Positions 8,293 through 16,719 of a stretch of 64,000 bases of DNA are shown here, piece after piece (position 1 is the first letter of the stretch; each line of letters starts with the position of its first letter). Location of the stretch: NCBI GenBank assembly GCA_964498285.1, contig CAZCGN010000001.1:444681-508680 (forward strand). The letters are read 5' to 3'. Made by a program: the position numbers and the translations under genes. Origin of the DNA: an uncultured Methanosarcinales archaeon. GTDB taxonomy: Archaea; Nanobdellota; Nanobdellia; Woesearchaeales; GW2011-AR9. The notes below the pieces were generated by a model. That model had not been told where the DNA came from, searched no databases, and saw only the letters and a list, made by a program, of their open reading frames with translations.

Positions 8293-10314
8293 ATGGAAGT
8301 TGATGAGCAAATCCGCCTTTTCAGGGAGTTTATTGAGCAACAGTATCACGCACAGCTCCTTGAAACCGTACGAAAAGGACACGAATCGATCGTGCTTGAT
8401 TTCTCAAAACTTCTTCAATTCAACTCAGAACTTGCTGAGGAAATTATTGAGCAACCAGAAGAACTTCTCAAAGCTGCTGAAATTGCAATCAAAGAGTTTG
8501 ATTTGCCAAAAAAGTTAGACAAATTCACAGTCAGATTACGAAATCTTCCTGAATCGTTAAAGATTGAAGTGAACGAAATACGCTCAAAACATCTTGAAAA
8601 ATTTATTTGGTGTGTTGGAATTGTTAGGCAAAAATCGAACGTAAGGCCACATGTAAGTAGGGCGAGGTTTGAATGCCCAAGTTGTGGGAATATTCTCAAC
8701 GTTCTGCAACTTGACAAAAAATACAAGGAACCAACCAGGTGTAGTTGTGGGAGAAAAGGAAAGTTCAAAGAGATTTCAAAAGAACTTGTTGATGGGCAGG
8801 GGATGGTTTTGGAAGAATCGCCAGATGATCTTGACGGTGGGGCACAACCAAAACGTATCAATGTATTTCTGAAAAGTGATCTTGTAAGCCCGATGTCTGA
8901 TAGGCGAACATCGCCGGGATCAAAAGTAAAAGTGTTTGGGTGGGTAACAGAAGTTCCAATCACACTGAAGTCCGGCGGTCAATCAACAAAGTACGATCTT
9001 ATTTTGGAAGCAAATTTCATTGAACCCATGGAAGATAATCCAAACGAGATGAAACTAACTGATGAAGAAATTGAAGAAATCAAAACTATTTCACAAAAAC
9101 CTAGCGTTCTTAATTACTTAGCAAACAACATTGCTCCATCAATTTACGGTCATGACAAAATCAAAGAAGCGCTCGTTCTACAACTTGTGGGCGGCGCGAG
9201 AAAAGAAAGGCCAGACGGGGTTGTTACAAGAGGAGATATGCACATCTTACTTATTGGTGACCCTGGCGCAGGAAAATCGCAGTTACTTAAACGTATCACG
9301 AAAGTTGCACCAAAAGCGCGTTTTACAAGTGGAAAGGGAGCGAGTGCAGCAGGACTTACGGCCTCGGTTGTAAAAGATGAATTCTTGGGCGGGTGGAGTC
9401 TTGAAGCCGGAACATTGGTTCTTGCAAACAAAGGCTTTGCTGTTATTGACGAGCTTGATAAAATGACCAAAGAAGATAGGTCTGCGCTGCATGAGGCAAT
9501 GGAGCAGCAAACTGTAAGCGTTTCAAAAGCAAATATTCAAGCAACCCTGCGTTGTGAAACTTCTTTGCTTGCAGCAGCAAACCCAAAGTTTGGACGGTTT
9601 GACCCGTACGATTTGATTGCGAATCAAATTAATCTCCCACCAACATTAATCAACCGATTTGATCTTATTTTTCCAGTAAAAGATCTGCCAAGTCCTGAGC
9701 GTGATGAAGCAACCGCCGCGTTCATTCTAGCACTGCACCAATCCCCCGAAAAAGCTGCTGCAGAAATGACATCGGAATTCCAACGAAAATATTATTCATA
9801 CGTACGGAAACAAAACCCAAAACTTACACAAGAAGCAATTAATGAAATAAAACAATATTACATTTCAATGCGTAATTCTGGGTCTGCCGATGATAGTGGG
9901 ATTAAATCAATTCCAATTACAGCGCGGCAACTTGAGGCACTTGTGAGGCTTGCTGAGGCTGCTGCAAAAATCCGTCTATCGCCAGTTGTTGCAAAAGAGG
10001 ATGCGCGAAAGGGGATAGAACTTATCGACTATACGTTAAACCAGATTGCAAAAGATGCAGAAACTGGAAGAATTGATATTGACCGAATCAGTAGTAAGAT
10101 CACTGCGTCCGAGAGAAGTAAGATTAGTATTGTAAAAGAGCTCATTGGAAAAATTGAGGAGGAAAGTGGGCAAAAAATTGTTCCTGTTGAACAGCTTGTT
10201 GCAATCGCGCAAGAAAAAAACATTTCTGAAGATGCTGTTGATGAAATACTAAACAAGCTGCGTCGATCCGGGGACATCTTCGAGCCACGTAAAGGGTTTA
10301 TCCAACGACTCTAG
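8293..10314 (+). CDS. mcm: Replicative helicase MCM
   Basis: CPSC..CSC zinc finger, Walker A GDPGAGKS, Walker B IDELDKM, AAANP and NRFD arginine finger. No intein. Confidence 0.97.
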   Translation: MEVDEQIRLFREFIEQQYHAQLLETVRKGHESIVLDFSKLLQFNSELAEEIIEQPEELLKAAEIAIKEFDLPKKLDKFTVRLRNLPESLKIEVNEIRSKHLEKFIWCVGIVRQKSNVRPHVSRARFECPSCGNILNVLQLDKKYKEPTRCSCGRKGKFKEISKELVDGQGMVLEESPDDLDGGAQPKRINVFLKSDLVSPMSDRRTSPGSKVKVFGWVTEVPITLKSGGQSTKYDLILEANFIEPMEDNPNEMKLTDEEIEEIKTISQKPSVLNYLANNIAPSIYGHDKIKEALVLQLVGGARKERPDGVVTRGDMHILLIGDPGAGKSQLLKRITKVAPKARFTSGKGASAAGLTASVVKDEFLGGWSLEAGTLVLANKGFAVIDELDKMTKEDRSALHEAMEQQTVSVSKANIQATLRCETSLLAAANPKFGRFDPYDLIANQINLPPTLINRFDLIFPVKDLPSPERDEATAAFILALHQSPEKAAAEMTSEFQRKYYSYVRKQNPKLTQEAINEIKQYYISMRNSGSADDSGIKSIPITARQLEALVRLAEAAAKIRLSPVVAKEDARKGIELIDYTLNQIAKDAETGRIDIDRISSKITASERSKISIVKELIGKIEEESGQKIVPVEQLVAIAQEKNISEDAVDEILNKLRRSGDIFEPRKGFIQRL

Positions 10315-10326
10315 ATACAATAAACA

Positions 10327-11034
10327 ATGGTAGAAAAAACACAATTCAAAAGGCATGTTGCACAGAAAGTTTCGCTTGCAACAATCACGTCTGGAACCCA
10401 CATTAAAGAAGCTGAAGATGCGCCGAATTTCTTGCTCACACAAGAAAATAAAAAAGTGTATCGTATCAACGTAATGGGAATTATTATTAGTATTGAAAAA
10501 ACAGGGTCCATTACTTCAATGCTTCTGGATGATTCAACTGATGTTATGACATTACGATTTTTTGAAGAAAGTAGTAAGATTAATGCAATCTCCGTTGGAA
10601 GTTCTGTTCTTATTGTAGGAAAAGTACGAACATATAATGGATCAATGTATGTAACTCCCGAAATTATTAAAGAAATTGATCCTGCTTGGCTTAAAGTTCG
10701 AGCACATGAACTTAAGGAACTAAAAAATCAAGCGCCGACATTGGAAAGTCCAAAACCCTCTGTTTCCACTCCAGAAAACGTATCGAAAGTAGAACCTGCT
10801 ACAAAGGAATTGGAAGTTGAAGATTTTACACAGGAGGCAGGCACACAGCAAAGCGATTTGCTTCCAGAAGAGATTCTTATTGACCTTATTCGCACGCTTG
10901 ATACCGGCGAGGGGGTTGCCATTGAAGACATTATTGAAAAATCAACCATTAATAATGCAGAAGATATTATTCAACGTCTTATTGCAAACGGCGAAATTTT
11001 TAACAATCTTCCAGGAAAAGTGAAGGTTCTTTAA
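10327..11034 (+). CDS. OB-fold ssDNA-binding protein, RPA32-like (OB + C-terminal winged helix)
   Basis: RINVMG..LDDSTD..VLIVGK OB pattern, an acidic linker and C-terminal GEIFNNLPGKVKVL. Confidence 0.75.
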   Translation: MVEKTQFKRHVAQKVSLATITSGTHIKEAEDAPNFLLTQENKKVYRINVMGIIISIEKTGSITSMLLDDSTDVMTLRFFEESSKINAISVGSSVLIVGKVRTYNGSMYVTPEIIKEIDPAWLKVRAHELKELKNQAPTLESPKPSVSTPENVSKVEPATKELEVEDFTQEAGTQQSDLLPEEILIDLIRTLDTGEGVAIEDIIEKSTINNAEDIIQRLIANGEIFNNLPGKVKVL

Positions 11035-11888
11035 ACACCATAATACCCAGAAAAAAGTACAGGTGTTATATACACTTCAACAAGTGCTGCAAATAAAAGA
11101 ATACCTAAGCTTATGAACACTAGGTCTAATGAATCGTACAACACTCGTTCATTTTCTAGGTTGTGTCGTATAACTGCAACCGAAATTATAGAGCCTGCAA
11201 GGCCCGCAACAAAATACGCTGCAATTTCAATTATTCCATGGGTCATATACCTCATAAAACTAAATGCTCCTATACTAAAATAATTAGCAAGAGTAGCTAA
11301 GCCAAATCCCGAGCTTAGTGCTGCAATTTTTGTTTTTATAAGATTCCCAACCGCCGTTGCAACTACTGAAGCATTCCAGGTAAGAATAAAAATTGCGCCC
11401 ATTCCATACAAAAAAGAAAAGACGAGACAAAAGAACAGGACTTTAAGGTTGTTAAGGAAAATTGCCTTAAACAAACTAAAGGATGTAACTCCCCCAGAGA
11501 CACTATTGTTTATATCTTGAATAGCACTTGCCTGAATTTGAAATATACTTTCAACCATGGAATTTGGTAAAAGAATGTATGCTAAAATAAGACCAATAAG
11601 AATGCCTAAAAATAAGTAAAGAAAAAATATGATAACTTTGCTGTGTTCTTTGAGAATTTTCCACTCACTCTCAAGCTTTAAGTCAATCTCCTCTTCTTTC
11701 TTAATAACATTATACAATAAAGGTAATGATGCAAATATAATAAAAAAGATCATGAGAAGGCCAGAAAATTCACGAAACACAAGAAATGAAATAAAAAGAG
11801 CGATCCAAGAATATAATAATCCTACAAAAAACATTTCCCATGGGCGTTTTTTCATAGCAAACGGATTAAATAAAGATTCAAGAACCAT
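11031..11888 (-). CDS. SpoIIM-like (DUF95) integral membrane protein
   Basis: Multi-TM protein with IFLNNLKV, WNAS, HGIIE and AALVEVYITP motifs. Confidence 0.8.
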   Translation of the reverse strand: MVLESLFNPFAMKKRPWEMFFVGLLYSWIALFISFLVFREFSGLLMIFFIIFASLPLLYNVIKKEEEIDLKLESEWKILKEHSKVIIFFLYLFLGILIGLILAYILLPNSMVESIFQIQASAIQDINNSVSGGVTSFSLFKAIFLNNLKVLFFCLVFSFLYGMGAIFILTWNASVVATAVGNLIKTKIAALSSGFGLATLANYFSIGAFSFMRYMTHGIIEIAAYFVAGLAGSIISVAVIRHNLENERVLYDSLDLVFISLGILLFAALVEVYITPVLFSGYYGV

Positions 11889-11955
11889 ATATTTAGAACT
11901 CGCTTTGGAGTATTTAAATATTTTTGTGTGTGGCGTAATATATTTACATTAAAAA

Positions 11956-11997
11956 TCTCTTTTATCTTAATAGAATGATAAGATAAGATAAAAGAGA
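11956..11997. repeat. Perfect 14-bp inverted repeat (TCTCTTTTATCTTA / TAAGATAAAAGAGA)
   Basis: Arms at 11956-11969 and 11984-11997, ending 3 nt before the left ORB. Confidence 0.8.
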
Positions 11998-12000
11998 CCA

Positions 12001-12022
12001 ACCCCTTGATTTCCTATGGAAA
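12001..12022 (-). promoter_or_regulatory. Origin recognition box (left ORB)
   Basis: The minus strand reads TTTCCATAGGAAATCAAGGGGT, an ORB core followed by a G-string. Confidence 0.88.
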
Positions 12023-12142
12023 ATGTATTTAACAAAAATTCAGGTCTGGTTTTTTCTCTTTGTTTGCTCTATTATCTAGTTACCTAAATAGATTGGTTGG
12101 TATTTTCCCTCATTCCTTGAAATTAAATTGAGTTTATCCAAA

Positions 12143-12156
12143 ATTTCTTGTGGAGA
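12143..12156 (-). promoter_or_regulatory. Mini-ORB
   Basis: The minus strand reads TCTCCACAAGAAAT, a 13/14 match to the right ORB core, with no G-string. Confidence 0.65.
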
Positions 12157-12693
12157 GTTGTTAAATGTAATTTTCAAAGAAAACTACGGCATTCCTGTTT
12201 TGAGAAGAGGGAGATTGTATATAATATGTATTTAGTTGTTATAATATATTATATGAAATAAAAAATGTGTTTTTTCTCTACGACAAATCTTTTTCTGGAT
12301 TAAAGAATTCTCTGTTTTGTTTCTTCTTTTCGCTTTCTTTATTATTATATTTACTATATTGTAAATAAATATATATAATATAAGATTAAATCTAATAATA
12401 ATAATAATAAAAAGTTAAAAAAACAAAAATAAGCTTTGATTGGAGAAAGAAGAAGAAAACACCAAGAATTCAACACTTCTCAAAACCTCAAAAAAAGAAA
12501 ACAAGAAAAAAGTGCAGTTAACATACGAATCAATTATTTTAGGAGCAAGATATCTGCTTAAGAATGCTAACTCTGTAATATCTATCTTCCAACCAACGGC
12601 CTTCCAAACAAGTATCTTTATTAATGTAAGGGACGATAAGAAAATGTATTATTGAAGCGAAATAAAAGAACACCAAAAAATTTAAATTAAGAG

Positions 12694-12715
12694 TTTCCAC
12701 AAGAAATCAAGGGGT
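12694..12715 (+). promoter_or_regulatory. Origin recognition box (right ORB)
   Basis: TTTCCACAAGAAATCAAGGGGT is 20/22 identical to the left ORB, inverted relative to it, and ends 12 nt before the cdc6 ATG. Confidence 0.88.
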
Positions 12716-12727
12716 AGGTGGTACAAG

Positions 12728-13930
12728 ATGGCTATAACACAATTTTTTCAGAACTTTTTAAAGAAAGAGTCTATATTTAGTGATAAACAATTTCTTCTTT
12801 CAAATTATATTCCATCAGAAGTCCTCTTTCGCGAACATCTAATCCAAGAAGTTGCTAATATTCTTGCACCTGCGCTGAGAGTTGAGAGGCCATCTAATGT
12901 ATTATTATATGGAAAAACAGGAACGGGCAAAACACTTTCAATGAAATATGTCCTCAAATCTATGCAGGAAATTGCAGAAAACAACAAAATACCTCTTAAA
13001 ACAATTTACCTTAATTGTAAACTCAAAAAAGTTGCAGATACTGAATACCGGCTTATTGCACAATTAGTAAAGGAGTTTGGAAAAGAGGTTCCTACAACGG
13101 GTCTTCCAACAGATGAGGTGTATAACATTTTCTACTCCCTTATTGATAAGGAAAAAAAAGTAATTTTGCTCGTGTTAGATGAAATCGACCAACTTACAAA
13201 AAAGATTGGGGATGAAATTCTCTATAACTTAACCCGAATTAATTCGGAACTGAAGAATGCCCAAATTGGAATAATTGGTATTTCAAATAATCTGGTGTTT
13301 GCAGAAAATTTGGATCCAAGAGTAAAGTCCTCGTTAAGCGAGGAAGAGCTCATATTTCCGTCATATAATGCCATTCAAATTCAAGACATTTTACGATCAC
13401 GCGCATCATTAGCTTTCAAAGAAGAAGCAATCACCCCCGGTTTAATTGAAAAATGTGCTGCGTACGCAGCACGAGAACATGGCGATGTTCGAAGGGCAAT
13501 TGATCTACTTCGGGTGGCAGGAGAGCTTGCTGAGCGTTCAGGTTCGCCCATAATTGAAGTAGGATATTTAGATGAAGCAAACAGTAAGATAGAATCAGAT
13601 AAAATAGTAAACACTGTTGTTGGGCAGCCAAAACAATTTCAGACGGTTCTGTACTCTATTCTGCTTCTCTCACCTGAAAAAAGAGTTATTTTTACAGGCG
13701 AAATTTACGAATTGTATCAAAAGATCTGTAAAAAGGTAGGATATAATGTTCTTACACAACGCAGAATTTCCGATATTTTAGCAGAGTTTGACATGTTAGG
13801 GATCATTAATGCTAAAATAATTTCGAAAGGGAGGTATGGAAGAACAAGAGAAGTTTCTGTCGGGCTTGCAACAACGCTTCAAACAAAACTTCGAGAGATA
13901 ATCGAAAAATCAATACAACTTCAAACATAA
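12728..13930 (+). CDS. cdc6: Orc1/Cdc6 replication initiator
   Basis: Walker A GKTGTGKT, LVLDEID, LDPRVKSSL, HGDVRRA and winged-helix SKGRYGRT. Confidence 0.97.
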   Translation: MAITQFFQNFLKKESIFSDKQFLLSNYIPSEVLFREHLIQEVANILAPALRVERPSNVLLYGKTGTGKTLSMKYVLKSMQEIAENNKIPLKTIYLNCKLKKVADTEYRLIAQLVKEFGKEVPTTGLPTDEVYNIFYSLIDKEKKVILLVLDEIDQLTKKIGDEILYNLTRINSELKNAQIGIIGISNNLVFAENLDPRVKSSLSEEELIFPSYNAIQIQDILRSRASLAFKEEAITPGLIEKCAAYAAREHGDVRRAIDLLRVAGELAERSGSPIIEVGYLDEANSKIESDKIVNTVVGQPKQFQTVLYSILLLSPEKRVIFTGEIYELYQKICKKVGYNVLTQRRISDILAEFDMLGIINAKIISKGRYGRTREVSVGLATTLQTKLREIIEKSIQLQT

Positions 13931-15637
13931 ATGATGGATACTGAAACACAAGACTTGGTTGAAAAGCTCTTTGAGAAGGGGGTACTAGTAAGCAAAGATA
14001 TGATCGAAAAAGGGTTAAGCCAAGATTTACTCTCAAAGCTCGAAGAAGAAGAAGATTTGATTGTGCTTAACAACGATTATACTAAACTTTTAGAAGAAGG
14101 TTCTTTCATGGTTGATTGGTATGAGATTGATACCCATCGCGTGGCGTTTGAAAAGGATAAAAATGAAGAGGAATTATACCAATCACATTTGCAGGATATT
14201 CAAAAAACGCTTGTGAGCATTACACATTCATCAGAAGAAAAACAAGAAGAGCAAATAGAAAGTTCGTTAGTTGAGCAAAGTGCAAGTGAGAAATTTGAAA
14301 AAGAAGTTATATCTGCCAAAGAGGCATCCATCATAAACGCTGAAGGGGACCTTGAACTGCTTGAAAAACTTCGTGAAGAACTTGAGTTCGAAGTAAAAGT
14401 TTCATACGAAACCATCTCACAGAAATATACAATCAAACATTTTTCAGACATCTTTTACTCTCGCTACAAGTTTATTGAATCAATCATCCGTTCTAGGCCA
14501 GAGATTAAAGATCTTACAAGTATTAGCCGAGTTCTTGCCAAAAAAGATAAAGAGAAGGTTAATGTTATCGGACTTGTCTTTGAAATTGCCGAAACTCGAA
14601 ACGGAAACATAATTTTAACGCTCGAAGATCCAACTGGCCACATAAAAGTTCTTATCCCTAAAAGAAACAAAGAGTTACTTAGCGAAGCAAAAGATCTCGT
14701 GTTTGATGAAGTGATAGGCATTGTTGGAACTTCAGGGGACGGCATCATTTTTGCAGACAAAATTGTGTGGCCAGATGTTCCAAACGATAAGAAACTCAAA
14801 AAAGCGCCAAAAGAAGAATATGCAATTTTCCTCTCAGATATTCATGTTGGCTCAACCTACTTTTTAGCAGAAGGATTTGACAAATTTCTTAAGTGGGTGA
14901 AGGGTGATGCAGGGTCAGATGATCAAAAGGCGCTTGCAGCAAAAGTAAAATACATCTTTATTGCTGGGGATTTGGTGGACGGAATAGGAATTTATCCTGG
15001 CCAAGAGCAGGAACTTACCATAACAACAGTTGAAGGACAGTACAGTGAATTTACTCGTCTCATTAAACAGATACCCCAAGACAAACAAATATTTATTTGC
15101 CCAGGAAACCATGATATGGTTCATTTAGCAGAGCCGCAGCCGGTGTTTTACAAGGAATATACACAAGAGTTACATGCAATGAACAATGTCACGCTTGTAA
15201 GCAATCCTTCAGTCATCAGCATTGCAAAAACAGACACGTTCGAGGGGATACAAGTGTTGATGTACCACGGGTATAGTTTTGATTTTTATGTAGCAAACGT
15301 TGATAGTATTCGAAATAATGGTGGATACCGTAGGGCCGATTTAATCATGGAATTTTTGCTGAAAAGGCGGCATCTAGCACCGACATTCAAATCGACACCC
15401 TATTTGCCCGCATACAAAGAGGACCCCTTGCTTATTCGAACCGTTCCGGACATATTCTTGACAGGACATATCCATTATTCAGCGGTTGCCAACTATAAGG
15501 GCGTTACTAATTTGAGTGGAAGCTGTTGGCAGGCATGTACCAATTTTCAAGAGCGTTTGGGCCATGAACCTGAGCCAGGAAGAGTGCCGTTAATCAATTT
15601 AAAAACGCGAGAAATTAAAGTGTTGAAATTCGTATGA
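13931..15637 (+). CDS. polB: DNA polymerase D small (exonuclease) subunit DP1
   Basis: OB fold plus metallophosphoesterase motifs SDIHVGS, AGDLVDG, PGNHD, HG and GHIH. Confidence 0.95.
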   Translation: MMDTETQDLVEKLFEKGVLVSKDMIEKGLSQDLLSKLEEEEDLIVLNNDYTKLLEEGSFMVDWYEIDTHRVAFEKDKNEEELYQSHLQDIQKTLVSITHSSEEKQEEQIESSLVEQSASEKFEKEVISAKEASIINAEGDLELLEKLREELEFEVKVSYETISQKYTIKHFSDIFYSRYKFIESIIRSRPEIKDLTSISRVLAKKDKEKVNVIGLVFEIAETRNGNIILTLEDPTGHIKVLIPKRNKELLSEAKDLVFDEVIGIVGTSGDGIIFADKIVWPDVPNDKKLKKAPKEEYAIFLSDIHVGSTYFLAEGFDKFLKWVKGDAGSDDQKALAAKVKYIFIAGDLVDGIGIYPGQEQELTITTVEGQYSEFTRLIKQIPQDKQIFICPGNHDMVHLAEPQPVFYKEYTQELHAMNNVTLVSNPSVISIAKTDTFEGIQVLMYHGYSFDFYVANVDSIRNNGGYRRADLIMEFLLKRRHLAPTFKSTPYLPAYKEDPLLIRTVPDIFLTGHIHYSAVANYKGVTNLSGSCWQACTNFQERLGHEPEPGRVPLINLKTREIKVLKFV

Positions 15638-15647
15638 GGCGAAGAAA

Positions 15648-16709
15648 ATGAAAGAAATTGAAGTTAAAGCAAGGCTTACAAACAAGGCAAAAGTAATCCA
15701 AAAATTGATCGAAAAGGGATGCGTTCTTACAAATCCAATAACCCAACACGACCAAATTTTTTTCCATGACTCAATTAAAACATATAAAGATATTATGCCT
15801 GGAACAAATGTGTTTCGCATACGCAACCAAGATGGTAAAGCCATCTTTAACCTCAAAAAGCCGCAAGAAAATGAACTTTCTTGCATTGAACATGAAACGG
15901 TTGTCGATTCTGCCAAGCATGTTGAAGCAATGCTCAAATATCTTCAGTACAGGTGTCTTGTCGAATTTAGTAAAACGAGGCAAAAAACAAAACTGAACAA
16001 TGTTGAAATCTGCATTGATGAAGTGAGCTCTCTTGGCTCTTTTATTGAAGTTGAGAAGATGGCAGAAAATGAGACAGACACTAATATTGTCCAAGAGGAG
16101 TTGTTCCAGGTTCTTGAATCGTTAGGAGTTAGGCGAGAAGATAGGGTTCATCAAGGCTATGACACCATGACATATTATAAGAATAATCCTGCACAGAACG
16201 TCGAGTACCTTGATATTGTAGATAAAGAGGATAGGGTTGTTGCACAAAAAACTAAAGATGAAAAGTTCGAGCAAGAATTAACCTCTCGAAACGTTGCAGT
16301 TTTTCTACAAGATGCTCAAGGCAATCTTTTGATCACAAAACGTGCAGCAAATAAACGAAGTTTTCCTAACTGTTATGATTTAGCAGCATGTGGCCACGTA
16401 ATATCCGGCGAGAACTATGTTCAGGCAGCTTTACGTGAACTTAAAGAAGAGCTAGGGGTTGAATGTGAAATTATGCCACTCACAAAGATGTACAATGAAT
16501 TTGAAGAAAAAGGAAAAACACTTTCATATTTCACGGGAATTTTTCTTGGGACCTATAATGGAGATGTATCCCTTAATCACGAGTTAACTGAAATGAAAAA
16601 GATGACCATTAAGGAAATTGAAGATGCAATAACAGAAAATAAGGAGCAATTCACACCAGGATTTATCACAGACTTTAATGAAGTAAAACACCATCTAGTG
16701 TTTCAATAA
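15648..16709 (+). CDS. CYTH (class IV adenylate cyclase-like) domain fused to a Nudix hydrolase (IDI-1/YfcD-like)
   Basis: The N half has EIEVK, FRIR, KTR and IDEVSSLGSFIEVE. The C half has KR...K..FP and the Nudix box GHVISGENYVQAALRELKEELG. Confidence 0.85.
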   Translation: MKEIEVKARLTNKAKVIQKLIEKGCVLTNPITQHDQIFFHDSIKTYKDIMPGTNVFRIRNQDGKAIFNLKKPQENELSCIEHETVVDSAKHVEAMLKYLQYRCLVEFSKTRQKTKLNNVEICIDEVSSLGSFIEVEKMAENETDTNIVQEELFQVLESLGVRREDRVHQGYDTMTYYKNNPAQNVEYLDIVDKEDRVVAQKTKDEKFEQELTSRNVAVFLQDAQGNLLITKRAANKRSFPNCYDLAACGHVISGENYVQAALRELKEELGVECEIMPLTKMYNEFEEKGKTLSYFTGIFLGTYNGDVSLNHELTEMKKMTIKEIEDAITENKEQFTPGFITDFNEVKHHLVFQ

Positions 16710-16719
16710 AACTAAACAA

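Larger units (their letters stand above)
11889..12727. other. oriC: Chromosomal replication origin (oriC) with AT-rich DNA unwinding element
   Basis: An 840-bp, very AT-rich non-coding gap immediately upstream of cdc6, flanked by inverted ORB elements. Confidence 0.88.

Noticed and set aside
12220..12520. AT-rich short repeats (ATAATAATA, A/T tracts) as a CRISPR array or leader
   Set aside because: There are no constant-length repeats with unique spacers and no cas genes. The origin DUE explains them.
12440..12655. 71-aa ORF inside the origin
   Set aside because: It has a TTG start and a low-complexity Lys/Glu product that mirrors the A-tracts between the ORBs, so it is most likely spurious.
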